Part shown: positions 49,292-59,081 of the stretch, piece after piece
How positions within the stretch are numbered: the first letter of the stretch is position 1
Layout of the letters: the number at the start of each line of letters is the position of its first letter
Assembly: GCA_965218435.1 (NCBI GenBank)
Contig: CBDCKW010000009.1
Span: 832,001 to 896,000 of the forward strand
Direction: 5' to 3'
DNA from: Truepera sp.
GTDB lineage: Bacteria > Deinococcota > Deinococci > Deinococcales > Trueperaceae
Length of the DNA: 64,000 nt
The notes under the pieces: model-generated
What the model was told of the DNA's origin: nothing
The model's input: only the letters and a program-made list of their open reading frames with translations
Databases searched by the model: none
Made by a program: the position numbers and the translations under genes

Positions 49292-49830
49292 GGAAACCCA
49301 CCACCTCTGGTGGTGAGGTATGTTCGGCTGGGCCATAAAATAAGGCGTGCTGAAGTACCGAGAGCTAACGCAGTCGTCTATCAGTGTGATTATCACATCG
49401 TATGGGCACCGAAATATCGCTACCGGATATTAACGGGAGCGATTACGGAACTGGTGAAGAAAGATATTAAGACACGATGCGCGTGGAAAGAGGTAGAAGT
49501 GCTACTGAGTGTGCAAGCACATCCTATCCACCTTGTCTGCTCTGTTCCACCGAAACTGTCAACATCAGCATTTATGTTATGAGTTCTCTAGGGGGAAAAG
49601 CTGGCGTTTCTGTTGTTCAAGAGCTATCCGGCACTGAAGCAAAAGCCGTATTGGGGAAATCATTTCTGGGCACGTGGCTACTTCATCAACACGGTAGGGA
49701 TGAACGAGGAGCTGATCAGGCGCTACGTGAAGTATCAGGAAGAGCAAGAAAAGCAAGTAGCGCAAAACCGCCAAGCCTTCCTTTTCTAGAGTCATCCCTT
49801 AAATCCACCGCCTCTGGCGGTGGTCGTTTA
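49292..49830 (+). mobile_element. IS200-like element, copy 2 (frameshifted tnpA)
   Basis: Same terminal hairpins as copy 1. YHIVWAPKYR and KPYWGNHFWARGYF lie in different frames. Confidence 0.87.
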
Positions 49831-49986
49831 ATGTTATGTGAGACGTTTTTGCAACCGACCGACTCAGTTGTCCAGTTAGTTGGAGGCAAACGCTTTTGTA
49901 TAAAGACATTGCTGAGTAAAAATGCCGAACGAGCATCAGCTAAAAGACGGTTTCATCAACTTTTAATACTGCCCCCGGTTTTGTAC

Positions 49987-50149
49987 CAGGGCTTACGCAT
50001 GTAGATTTGTTCCAAAAGCTATCCATGTTTTTAACGTAACTATTGAAGGTGACGTTTTTCTTAATCAGTTCATCTAGGTCAAAAATAGCTGTTTTTACGC
50101 CCTCACTTCTCCAAGCCACTTACGAAGATTGGTACATGCGTAAGCCCCC
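49987..50149. mobile_element. 163-bp MITE with ISAs1-type ends
   Basis: IRs CAGGGCTTACGCATGTA / TACATGCGTAAGCCCCC, flanked by GGTTTTGTAC on both sides. Confidence 0.75.
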
Positions 50150-50159
50150 GGTTTTGTAC

Positions 50160-51357
50160 TAGGGCAAACGCACTAGCCATGCTCTAAGCTGTGGGATGGT
50201 CACGAACATACTAGAGGCGTTTACCGAATTACCCGACCCACGCAGAGAGCACCCCCTAAAGCTGCACAAACTGATAGACATTGTGGTGATAACCGTATGC
50301 GCCGTCATCGCCAAGTCAGAAACCTGGGAAGAGATAGCAGATTACGGGGTTATGAAAGAAGACTTTTTGAGAAAGTTTCTAGCGTTGCCCCACGGTATCC
50401 CATCTCACGACACCTTTACCCGCGTGTTTGCACAACTCGATCCCGCTGCTTGGCAGACATGCTTTATACGCTGGATGCATACGGTAAGTCAGCTGAGCGA
50501 GGAAAAGCTCATCAGCATTGACGGAAAGATGTTGCGCGGTTCCAAATCGAAGGGGAAAAGTAAGTGCGAGCCTAGCCGGACTGCTATAACGATGTTGAGC
50601 GCCTGGGCAAGTGAAAATGAACTTGTACTGGCACAGCTTGCCCTTAAAAACAACGCAAATGAACTCAGCCTCATTCCCGAGCTGCTAGACCTACTTGACC
50701 TGGAGGGTGCTAGCGTAAGCATTGACGCGGCGGGTTGTCACAAGGAGGCTGCTGAGCACATCACAACCCAGGGGGCTGAGTATGTCTTGTCACTCAAAGC
50801 CAATCATGGCGTGTTGTTTAACGAGGTTGATTGGCTGTTCGATTACCAGCTTAAAGAAGTCGGGGCGTTGGACAGGGCTGAAACTTTCGATGTGGCACAC
50901 GGGCGGCAGGAAACCAGAACCTGCTGGGTGATGCGGGATCTGAGCTATCTCGAAAAAGCAGATTGTGGACTTTCAGATTGGGCACAACTCAGCGCGGTCA
51001 TCGTCGTCGATACCCACGTGTTGAGATACGGTCAAGAATCCTACCAACGCCGCTTCTTCCTTACCTCACACACCTTCTCTGCTTCCGAAGCACTTAGCAG
51101 GGTCAGAAAGCACTGGTCGATTGAAAACCAGCAGCATTACCCACTCGACGTCCTATTCCGTGAGGACGCCTCACGCACGCGCAAAGGCTTTGCTGCTCAG
51201 AACTTGGCTTCTCTACGCCGTTTGGCCCTTAACCTTATCAATCTCGATACCAGCTTCACCGCCTCCAAGCGGCGCAAGCGGTTCAGAGCCTTACTCAACG
51301 ACGACTATCTCCTAAGTCTCCTGGGCCTGAGCGGAGTGAGCTAGTGCGTTTGCCCTA
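50160..51357 (+). mobile_element. ISAs1-family IS, apparently intact
   Basis: Perfect 18-bp IRs TAGGGCAAACGCACTAGC. 10-bp TSD GGTTTTGTAC at 50150-50159 and 51358-51367. Confidence 0.95.
50196..51344 (+). CDS. ISAs1-family transposase
   Basis: LPDPR, GIPSHDTF, ISIDGK, SIDAAGC, HGRQETR, HWSIEN, FREDASR. Confidence 0.96.
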   Translation: MVTNILEAFTELPDPRREHPLKLHKLIDIVVITVCAVIAKSETWEEIADYGVMKEDFLRKFLALPHGIPSHDTFTRVFAQLDPAAWQTCFIRWMHTVSQLSEEKLISIDGKMLRGSKSKGKSKCEPSRTAITMLSAWASENELVLAQLALKNNANELSLIPELLDLLDLEGASVSIDAAGCHKEAAEHITTQGAEYVLSLKANHGVLFNEVDWLFDYQLKEVGALDRAETFDVAHGRQETRTCWVMRDLSYLEKADCGLSDWAQLSAVIVVDTHVLRYGQESYQRRFFLTSHTFSASEALSRVRKHWSIENQQHYPLDVLFREDASRTRKGFAAQNLASLRRLALNLINLDTSFTASKRRKRFRALLNDDYLLSLLGLSGVS

Positions 51358-51410
51358 GGTTTTGTACCGTATCCCTAACATCGCGCACGTTTTTGTCTTA
51401 TACTAATCTC

Positions 51411-51539
51411 ATGAAAAATCAAAAAACCGTGAAAACGGGGTCGAACGTCCGTTTGGTTCAGGTGTTGGCTCGTAGACGGTCGCAGGCAACCGGTGTGGCG
51501 CGGGCGCTCGAGCAGCGGCGCAGCCTGCGTCTTCGTTAG
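51411..51539 (+). CDS. Small basic leaderless protein (42 aa)
   Basis: TATACT-6 nt-ATG. MKNQKTVKTGSNVRLVQVLARRRSQATGVARALEQRRSLRLR, followed by a hairpin. Confidence 0.5.
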   Translation: MKNQKTVKTGSNVRLVQVLARRRSQATGVARALEQRRSLRLR

Positions 51540-51551
51540 GCTGGACCGTTG

Positions 51552-51580
51552 AGGCGTCAGCTCGATAAGCTGACGCCTTT
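51552..51580. terminator. Terminator hairpin between the micro-ORF and hslU
   Basis: AGGCGTCAGCT-CGATA-AGCTGACGCCT followed by TTT. Confidence 0.7.
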
Positions 51581-51602
51581 TCGGGTCTCTAAGCGTTTTA
51601 AG

Positions 51603-52883
51603 TTAAAGCACGTAACGCGACAAGTCTTCGTCGCTGACGATGTCCTCGAGCTTTTTCTTGACGTACGCGCCGTCAATCGTCACGTCGCCGAGTTCAGTGG
51701 CAAACGACACATCTTCTAACACGGTTTCTAACACCGTATGCAGCCGCCGCGCCCCGATGTCTTCGACGTCGGCGTTGACCTGGGCGCTGTATTCGGCAAT
51801 CGCCTCGATCCCGGAGTCTTCAAAGTGTAGCCGCGTCCCGTCAACCCTGAGGAGTTCGGTGTACTGCTTTGTGAGTGAGTGCTGCGGCTGGGTCAAGATC
51901 AGCTGAAAATCGTTAGCAGAAAGCTCTTCTAACTCGACGCGGATGGGAAACCGTCCTTGCAGTTCGGGAATTAAATCGCTCGGTTTCGAGACGGTAAACG
52001 CGCCCGCCGCGATAAAGAGCACATGGTCGGTCTTAACCTGACCGTAACGGGTATTGACCTGCGTGCCTTCGACAATCGGCAAGAGGTCGCGCTGCACCCC
52101 TTCGCCCGACACGTCGGGGCCGCTGTTGTCGCCGCCCGCAACCTTATCGAGTTCGTCAATAAAGACGATACCCGAATTTTCGGCTCTCGAGACCGCCTCG
52201 CTCGAGACCTCATCGTGGTCAATGAGCTTGTCGGCCTCTTCGCTGCGGAGCGCCTCCCGCGCCTCGGACACCCGGAGCTTGCGTTTGGTCCGTTTTTTAG
52301 GCATAAAGTTCGACATCATGTCTTGCAAGTTCATGCCCATCTCTTCCATCCCCGGCATCATCAGCTGCTGCGGGTGCTCGTCACTCACTTCAATTTCTAA
52401 GGTGCGGTCCTCGAGCTTGCCAGCTTTCAAAAGCTCACGCATCTTGCCGCGTCCCTCTTCGGTGCCGCCGGGTAAAAGATACTCTAAGAGCTTTTCTTCC
52501 GCGTTCTCTTTGGCCCGCTCTTGCACCCCGCTGAGCATCTCTTCTTCGACCATCACGTAAGACGCCTGCGTCAGGTCGCGGACCATAGACTCAACGTCAC
52601 GCCCGACGTAGCCGACCTCGGTAAACTTAGTCGCCTCGACCTTGATAAAGGGGGCTTTGGCGAGCCGCGCCAAGCGCCGCGCAATCTCGGTTTTACCCAC
52701 GCCGGTCGGCCCGATCATCAAGATATTTTTAGGCGTGACTTCGGTCTGCAGGTCGCCCGCGAGTTGCCGCCTGCGGTAGTGGTTGCGAAGCGCCACGGCG
52801 ACCGAACGTTTCGCTTTATGCTGACCGATAATGTACTTATCGAGCTCTTCAACGATCTCTAAGGGGGTCATATTGACGCTCAC
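51603..52883 (-). CDS. hslU: ATP-dependent protease ATPase subunit HslU
   Basis: [48 protein letters not shown]. Confidence 0.97.
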   Translation of the reverse strand: MSVNMTPLEIVEELDKYIIGQHKAKRSVAVALRNHYRRRQLAGDLQTEVTPKNILMIGPTGVGKTEIARRLARLAKAPFIKVEATKFTEVGYVGRDVESMVRDLTQASYVMVEEEMLSGVQERAKENAEEKLLEYLLPGGTEEGRGKMRELLKAGKLEDRTLEIEVSDEHPQQLMMPGMEEMGMNLQDMMSNFMPKKRTKRKLRVSEAREALRSEEADKLIDHDEVSSEAVSRAENSGIVFIDELDKVAGGDNSGPDVSGEGVQRDLLPIVEGTQVNTRYGQVKTDHVLFIAAGAFTVSKPSDLIPELQGRFPIRVELEELSANDFQLILTQPQHSLTKQYTELLRVDGTRLHFEDSGIEAIAEYSAQVNADVEDIGARRLHTVLETVLEDVSFATELGDVTIDGAYVKKKLEDIVSDEDLSRYVL

Positions 52884-53488
52884 GACGCTTCTCCTTCGAT
52901 GATCTCCACATCACTTTTGTCACCATCGTCTTCGTCACTTGCGCCTTGGTTATCCGGAACCCGTAAAACGGTTGCCGTACCGCTCGTATAGAGGTCAATT
53001 TCAGCGGCAATTTTAAGCGCGGTTTCGGCGATTTCAGGTGCGCCCATGTCGCTGTGCCGTAAGAGTGCCAACGCCGCCGCCTGTGCGTACGCGCCGCCTG
53101 AACCGGTGGACGCGACCGGCTCGTCGGGCGCGAAAACGTCGCCTGCGCCGGAGAGGGTCAGGATTTGTTCGTCGTCGGCGACGATCAGCATGGCCTCGAG
53201 GTTCCTGAGCATCTTGTCGGTGCGCCACTCTTTGACGGTTTCAACCGCCGCTTTGGTGAGGTTGCCCCGGTACGACGCCAGATAGCCCTCGAACTTTTCC
53301 AGCAGCGTAAAGGCGTCCGAGACCGCGCCCGCAAAACCTGTCAGCACCTTACCGTCTTGCAGGCTCCGTACCTTGACCGCACCCTTTTTGACAATCGTCT
53401 CACCGAGGGTGATCTGCCCGTCTCCGGCAATCGCCGTCACGCCGTCCTTATGAACAGCGATAATCGTAGTTCCATGAATCCGTTCCAT
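52880..53488 (-). CDS. hslV: ATP-dependent protease peptidase subunit HslV
   Basis: [27 protein letters not shown]. Confidence 0.97.
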   Translation of the reverse strand: MERIHGTTIIAVHKDGVTAIAGDGQITLGETIVKKGAVKVRSLQDGKVLTGFAGAVSDAFTLLEKFEGYLASYRGNLTKAAVETVKEWRTDKMLRNLEAMLIVADDEQILTLSGAGDVFAPDEPVASTGSGGAYAQAAALALLRHSDMGAPEIAETALKIAAEIDLYTSGTATVLRVPDNQGASDEDDGDKSDVEIIEGEAS

Positions 53489-53640
53489 ATGGCGCAATCG
53501 TAACAAGCTGCAGGTAAAAGTATGTAACGCACATTCCTTGATAGTGGCTTTATAAAGTTTTATTGCGCCATTCGCTAGAAGTCTGGCAGATGTCAGGCCG
53601 CTAGCACCTAGAGAGCCGAGTCTCGGTAAAATAACCTGAT

Positions 53641-54657
53641 ATGTACCGCTTCGCCCGTTACCCTCTCAGCGTCGCCCCGATGATGGACTGGACCGACCGG
53701 CACCAACGCGTGTTTATGCGCGGGGTGACGCGTCACGCGTTGCTCTACACCGAAATGGTCACGATGAACGCGGTGCTTTTGGGAGACCGGGCCAGGGTTC
53801 TGGGCTTCTCACAAATTGAAAAACCGCTCGCGTTACAACTCGGGGGGGACGACCCCGCCAAACTCGCTGAGTGTGCCCGCATCGCCGAAGCTTGGGGTTA
53901 CGACGAGGTGAATCTCAACGTCGGTTGCCCATCGGCGCGGGTGCAGAGTGGCAACTTCGGCGCGTGTTTGATGGCGCAACCCGAGCTGGTCGCGGCGTGC
54001 GTGGCGGCGATGCAGGCCGCCGTAAACATACCGGTGACGGTCAAACACCGTATCGGGATTGATGACCTGGACAGTTTTACGCTGCTTACAAAATTCGTCG
54101 GGACGGTGGCTGACGCCGGGGCCACCCGTTTCAGCGTTCATGCCCGCAAAGCGTGGCTTTCGGGCCTCAGCCCCAAAGAGAACCGGACGGTGCCGCCACT
54201 CCGTTATGAGACGGTTTACCAGCTTAAAGAGGTGTTTCCGGGACTCGAGCTCGAGCTTAACGGCGGCGTCAAAACCTTAGACGACGTTCAGCTTCACTTA
54301 GAGCACGTAGACGCGGTGATGCTGGGCCGCGCCGCCTACGAAACGCCCTATGCTCTAGCCGAAACCGACGTGCGTTTTTACGGGGCTGAACACGTCCCGA
54401 CACGGCTCGAGGTCGCCGAAGCTATGTTGCCTTATCTGGAAGCGCAAGGCTCTCAGGGTGTTCCCTTAAACAGCATGACCCGGCATATGCTGGGACTTTT
54501 CGCCGGACAACCCGGTGCGCGGGCGTGGCGCAGGCACATCAGCGAAAACGTCCATAAACCGGGAGCCGGGGCCGAAGTTGTGAGAGACGCGCTGCGTTGG
54601 GTACCGGACGCTGTGTTGAATGAACGTTCGGTACGCCAAACTTTGACAAGTGTTTAA
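53641..54657 (+). CDS. dusA: tRNA-dihydrouridine synthase A
   Basis: SVAPMMDWTDRH, NLNVGCPS, TVKHRIGID, VHARKAWL, SPKENR. Confidence 0.96.
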   Translation: MYRFARYPLSVAPMMDWTDRHQRVFMRGVTRHALLYTEMVTMNAVLLGDRARVLGFSQIEKPLALQLGGDDPAKLAECARIAEAWGYDEVNLNVGCPSARVQSGNFGACLMAQPELVAACVAAMQAAVNIPVTVKHRIGIDDLDSFTLLTKFVGTVADAGATRFSVHARKAWLSGLSPKENRTVPPLRYETVYQLKEVFPGLELELNGGVKTLDDVQLHLEHVDAVMLGRAAYETPYALAETDVRFYGAEHVPTRLEVAEAMLPYLEAQGSQGVPLNSMTRHMLGLFAGQPGARAWRRHISENVHKPGAGAEVVRDALRWVPDAVLNERSVRQTLTSV

Positions 54658-54697
54658 CGGTTTAGATTTATAAGGGTGGGGACATTTTAGATAGGCG

Positions 54698-55057
54698 TCA
54701 GTAAGGCGGTGCTGGCAACAGAGCTTTGAGCTTTTGAAGCACCTCTCCGATAATTTGAGGCGGAAGTTCGGTGATAAGCTCAACTCGCCGAACCTGCCAA
54801 TCCAAGCTTTTGACTTGATCCGCTAACACAACTCCGGAAACTCTTTCGTTTTCGGATATCACGACCTCAAACGGATACCCTTTCACTTGACTTGTAATGG
54901 GGCAAAAAAGGGCCAAACGAACCTTGCGGTTGTACGCGTGAGGTGACAAAACCAGTGCAGGACGTCTGCCTGCTTGCTCGTGTCCTGCTTGAGGACTAAA
55001 GTCGAGCCATACGGCGTCACCTTGTTTAGGCACGTAAGGTTGAGGGGTATAGCTCAC
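54698..55057 (-). CDS. mazF: MazF/PemK endoribonuclease toxin
   Basis: PQAGHEQAGRRPALVLSP, CPITSQVKGYPFEV, DQVKSLDW. Confidence 0.95.
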   Translation of the reverse strand: MSYTPQPYVPKQGDAVWLDFSPQAGHEQAGRRPALVLSPHAYNRKVRLALFCPITSQVKGYPFEVVISENERVSGVVLADQVKSLDWQVRRVELITELPPQIIGEVLQKLKALLPAPPY

Positions 55058-55060
55058 CCG

Positions 55061-55303
55061 TTACCAAACCTCATTCCCAACTGAAATGCCCGTTTCTACC
55101 TCAGCATGAAGGTTCTCTTCGGTCACACCTGCCAACAACTGCTCGAGCGAACAACTGGGTTTGGCCACCGGGGTGATGACCAAGTTGCCTTTAACCAAAC
55201 TGAGGTCAACCTCGGTGTCGGGCTCGAGCGAGGTTTCGCTTGCAAATGATTTGGGAATACGAACCGCTAGACTGTTTCCCCATTTTTGAACCTTAGTTTT
55301 CAC
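55061..55303 (-). CDS. mazE: MazE/AbrB-type antitoxin
   Basis: VQKWGNSLAVRIP, LEQLLAGVT, GNEVW. Confidence 0.95.
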   Translation of the reverse strand: MKTKVQKWGNSLAVRIPKSFASETSLEPDTEVDLSLVKGNLVITPVAKPSCSLEQLLAGVTEENLHAEVETGISVGNEVW

Positions 55304-55357
55304 GTTACCTCCAAAAGTATCTACAAAGAGTATACAAGGCTCGAGGGGTAAGGTGTT

Positions 55358-55954
55358 CTAGCGGCCGGTCGTCTCAACACCCAAATCGTGAATAACGCCG
55401 TCTTCCAGGCTGTAAATCCAACCGTGAACGGCTAAAGTTTGACCCCGCTCCCACGCAGCTTGCACAATCGTCGTTTGCGAAACATTTTTTACTTGCTCGG
55501 TGACGTTGAGTTCACAGAGCCGCCGGAGCTGAGCGGGCGCGTCTAAACTGTCTATCTCAGTGCGGTGTTGGTCGTACACATCCCGAATATGCCGGAGCCA
55601 ATTGTCAATCAGGCCGAGCTGTTTGCCGCGCAAGGCCGCCTCGACGCCGCCGCAACCGTAGTGTCCGCAGACGATGATGTGCTCAACCTTTAAGACCTCG
55701 GCGGCGTATTGAATCACCGACAAGCAGTTGAGGTCGGTATGGACGACGACGTTGGCGATGTTGCGGTGAACAAACAGCTCCCCGGGTCCTAAGTTCATGA
55801 TCTGATTGGCCGGAACCCGTGAGTCGGCACAACCGATCCACAGGTATTTAGGTGTCTGCTGCTCGGCGTGCCGCCGAAAAATCTCAGGGTCTTGCTCGGC
55901 CATTCCTTCGGCCCAAGCACGGTTTTTTTCTAGTAGATGGGTAAGGTCAGACAC
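55358..55954 (-). CDS. can: Beta-class carbonic anhydrase
   Basis: WIGCADSRVP, FVHRNIAN, CGHYGCGG. Confidence 0.96.
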   Translation of the reverse strand: MSDLTHLLEKNRAWAEGMAEQDPEIFRRHAEQQTPKYLWIGCADSRVPANQIMNLGPGELFVHRNIANVVVHTDLNCLSVIQYAAEVLKVEHIIVCGHYGCGGVEAALRGKQLGLIDNWLRHIRDVYDQHRTEIDSLDAPAQLRRLCELNVTEQVKNVSQTTIVQAAWERGQTLAVHGWIYSLEDGVIHDLGVETTGR

Positions 55955-56029
55955 GCGCTGAGTTTACCGTAGTGCGTTCAAGCTCGTTATGAGTTGCGCC
56001 CGAGTCCCTCTACAATCCGCTCCAACGCC

Positions 56030-56161
56030 TCACTCAAATTTTCGCTGACTTTGTAAGGTAGCCAGCAGCGTCCAAACGACAAACCAGATGGTTCCAATAG
56101 CGATTGTGGGCCAAATAAGGACGATAAAAAGCTCCGGCAATCCCAGCGTTCCAAGTCTCAT
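56030..56161 (-). CDS. Possible 43-aa single-TM peptide
   Basis: MRLGTLGLPELFIVLIWPTIAIGTIWFVVWTLLATLQSQRKFE; may be a frameshifted remnant. Confidence 0.35.
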   Translation of the reverse strand: MRLGTLGLPELFIVLIWPTIAIGTIWFVVWTLLATLQSQRKFE

Positions 56162-56231
56162 GCCAGAGCTTTAGCAGAAATTAGCAATAACTAGGCGCAG
56201 TAAATCCTGCTGCGCCTAACCGGATTGGGTC

Positions 56232-57974
56232 TTAAAGTCTGAGCTGTATCCCGTGCAAATTCGCGTAGACGCCGCCCAGCTCGAGCAACTCCTTATGTGT
56301 TCCCTCTTCAGAGACGCCGTGGTCGGTTAAAACAACGATTCTTTGGGCGTTTTGGATGGTTGATAAACGGTGTGCAATCACGAGCATGGTCCGCTGGTGG
56401 GCCAAACCTTCCAGCGACGCTTGCACCGCCCGCTCACTTTCGTTGTCCAAAGCACTCGTCGCCTCATCAAAGATGATGACCGGCGGATTTTTTAAGAAAA
56501 CGCGGGCGATACTGAGCCGCTGCTTTTGCCCACCTGAAAGTTTGACGCCGCGCTGACCGATGTCGGTGTCGTAACCGTCCGGGAGCGCCATGATGAAGTC
56601 GTGCGCGTTGGCTTTTCTTGCCGCTTCGATGATCTCTGTTTGACCTGCCCCCGGTTTGCCGTAGCGGATATTGTCGGCGACGGTGCCTGAAAAAAGGTAA
56701 ACATCTTGCTGGACGACGCCGATGTTTTTTCTCAGCGAGCGCAGGCTGAGGTCTCTGACGTCATACCCATCAAACAAGACGGCTCCCTCATTGACTTCGT
56801 AAAAGCGGGGAATCAGTGAGCAGAGCGTAGTTTTGCCCACGCCGGAGTGCCCAACCAGAGCGACGTATTCGCCGGCTCTGACGGTTAACGAAAGGTCTTT
56901 TAAGACGTGCGCCGAGCCTTCTCGGTAGCTGAAGCTGACGTTGTTAAACTCGAGCTGACCTCGAGCCCGCCTTAACTCTATAGCGCCGGGTCTATCCTCA
57001 ATCTCCGGCGTAACCTCCAACATCTCCATCAGCCGGTCAAACCCGGTGACGCCTTCTTGGTACAGCACCGTGAAGTTAAGGGCGGTCCTAATCGGTTCAA
57101 GCAGCAGGCCGATATAGAGCAAATAGGTCACTAGATCGGCTAAATCCAGCGAGCCCCGCACGATGCCCGCGCCGCCGAAGACGATAATTGCAGCGGTGAT
57201 AAGTTGGGTAAAGGCGACGAGGCCGACAAAAAGGTAAGCCTCACTTTTGTAGCCGTTTTTTCTACTCTCCAAAAAACGGTTGTTTTCAAACGCAAACTTC
57301 TGGGCTTCAATCCCTTCGTTGGCAAACGATTTGACTATTCGTGAGCCCGAGAGCGTATCTTCAGCTTGCGCGTTGATATCGCCGATTCGGTCTTTAGTCG
57401 TCCGCAAGGCGAGGTTCATCCGTTTGTTGAAGTAAAACGCATAAACAGCCATAACGGGCAAAAAAAGGAAGACGATGAGAGTGAGCGGGACGTTGACCGT
57501 CAGTAAAATGACGAACGTGCCCAAAAACTTCAGCGACGAGGTGACGATATCTTCGGGGCCGTGGTGGTACAGCTCACCGAGCCAAAAGGTATCGTTGGTC
57601 AACCGGTTCATCAGCTGACCGACCTTTTGCTCATCGTAAAAACTAAATGACAGCTTTTGGTAGTGCTCAAAAAGTTCCTGCCGCATATCACGTTCCATCA
57701 ACGCGCCCATCGCGTGACCCTGATAATCCACAAACATCAGACAGAGCGCGTGAACGACGATCAGAACGAGCATCGCTGCGCCGACTGCGTAGATTTGACC
57801 CAGTGCGTTAGGGATGTTTCCTGCTGTCAAGATTTTGGTGATGTAGCGTGCGCCTAAGGGAAGCACTAAGGTCACGGCTGCAACGACCAGAGCGCAGGCT
57901 AAATCGGCGGCGAGTAACCCCTTATAAGGGCGGTAATAAGACAAAAACTTTTTGCCCCTGAGATTTACAAACAT
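56232..57974 (-). CDS. ABC exporter, fused permease + ATPase
   Basis: Six-TM domain, GHSGVGKT, LSGGQKQR, FDEATSALD, IAHRLST. Confidence 0.95.
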   Translation of the reverse strand: MFVNLRGKKFLSYYRPYKGLLAADLACALVVAAVTLVLPLGARYITKILTAGNIPNALGQIYAVGAAMLVLIVVHALCLMFVDYQGHAMGALMERDMRQELFEHYQKLSFSFYDEQKVGQLMNRLTNDTFWLGELYHHGPEDIVTSSLKFLGTFVILLTVNVPLTLIVFLFLPVMAVYAFYFNKRMNLALRTTKDRIGDINAQAEDTLSGSRIVKSFANEGIEAQKFAFENNRFLESRKNGYKSEAYLFVGLVAFTQLITAAIIVFGGAGIVRGSLDLADLVTYLLYIGLLLEPIRTALNFTVLYQEGVTGFDRLMEMLEVTPEIEDRPGAIELRRARGQLEFNNVSFSYREGSAHVLKDLSLTVRAGEYVALVGHSGVGKTTLCSLIPRFYEVNEGAVLFDGYDVRDLSLRSLRKNIGVVQQDVYLFSGTVADNIRYGKPGAGQTEIIEAARKANAHDFIMALPDGYDTDIGQRGVKLSGGQKQRLSIARVFLKNPPVIIFDEATSALDNESERAVQASLEGLAHQRTMLVIAHRLSTIQNAQRIVVLTDHGVSEEGTHKELLELGGVYANLHGIQLRL

Positions 57975-58463
57975 GTTCCTCCGCGCGTCCAGCAGTATTG
58001 CTAAACGCAGATGTACGTCCAACTCACAAGTTGAAACGGTAGACAGCTAAATTGGCAAGTATGGATTGGCGGCGAACGACACTCAGCTAGCTGCAGGCGA
58101 CGCCAATGCGAGATGTAAGCCACATAGACGGTGCATTGCTAGTTGCTCAGCTGTTCGTTCGCCAAAGCACGACTTTTAGGCCGCTGTATTTAGAGAGTGC
58201 GTCTGACACGTAAACAGAACACACCTCAGCATCTAACTACGATGCTAGCTGCCAAACTGTGCGCAAGACTCGCTACGCAGTCAAAGCGGTGTCGTGCTCG
58301 AAGTAGGTTGTTTTCACAGCTGACCTCCACGCCGTTACAGCGTTTGCTGGTATCTGAGGAGCACCATACACCATTTGAGTCTGGGGTGTGACAAGTTGCC
58401 CTCGGCTATCTGACTGGGTAAGACTGAAGTGATGGCAGAGTCTGGCCCGGTATACAATCGCCC

Positions 58464-59081
58464 ATGACGTTTCCCTTAGGCCGTCCCGCACGGCTCGCCG
58501 TGTTTGCGTCGGGGCGCGGTTCAAACTTGCGTTCGCTTGTAGAGGCGTTTCCGCCCGGTGACCCGCTGGCGTCGGTTGCGCTGGTTTTGAGTAACAAACG
58601 CGGCGCGGGCGCACTTGCTCTGGCTGAGGCGCACGGTGTTCCGGCTTACGCCTTGCCTTTTGGCGCAGACCGCGACTGGTTTGAAAGAGAGGCGGACGCG
58701 CTCTTACAAAAGCTCGAGATTGACCTCATCTGTTTAGCCGGGTTTATGCGGGTGTTGTCGCCTGAGTTTACAGCGCGTTACGTGGGACGTTTACTAAATA
58801 TCCATCCGTCTTTGCTGCCAGCGTTTCCAGGGCTGCACGCGCAGCGGCAGGCGCTCAGTGCTGGCGTTCCTGAGTCGGGCTGTACCGTTCACTTCGTTGA
58901 CGCCGGGGTGGATACAGGGGCACCTATCGTGCAGCGGCGGGTGCCGGTTTTAGCAGAAGATACCGAACACACGCTGGCTGAACGTATTTTGGCTCAAGAA
59001 CACCGAGCGTACCCCGAAGCGGTGCGGCTGGTTCTCTCCGGGCTGGTGCAAGCAGAGATTGACAAAGGAGTGGCGACGTGA
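58464..59081 (+). CDS. purN: Phosphoribosylglycinamide formyltransferase
   Basis: ASGRGSN, LAGFMRVL, NIHPSLLP, GCTVHFVDAGVDTG. Confidence 0.97.
   Translation: MTFPLGRPARLAVFASGRGSNLRSLVEAFPPGDPLASVALVLSNKRGAGALALAEAHGVPAYALPFGADRDWFEREADALLQKLEIDLICLAGFMRVLSPEFTARYVGRLLNIHPSLLPAFPGLHAQRQALSAGVPESGCTVHFVDAGVDTGAPIVQRRVPVLAEDTEHTLAERILAQEHRAYPEAVRLVLSGLVQAEIDKGVAT

Noticed and set aside
53641..55340. dusA-associated integrative island
   Set aside because: dusA is intact, with no integrase or duplicated dusA fragment; only mazEF lies downstream.
58330..58463. ZTP (pfl) riboswitch upstream of purN-purD
   Set aside because: TGACTGG is present but the downstream CGCCTGGG pseudoknot partner is not, and TACAAT 5 nt before the ATG indicates a leaderless transcript.
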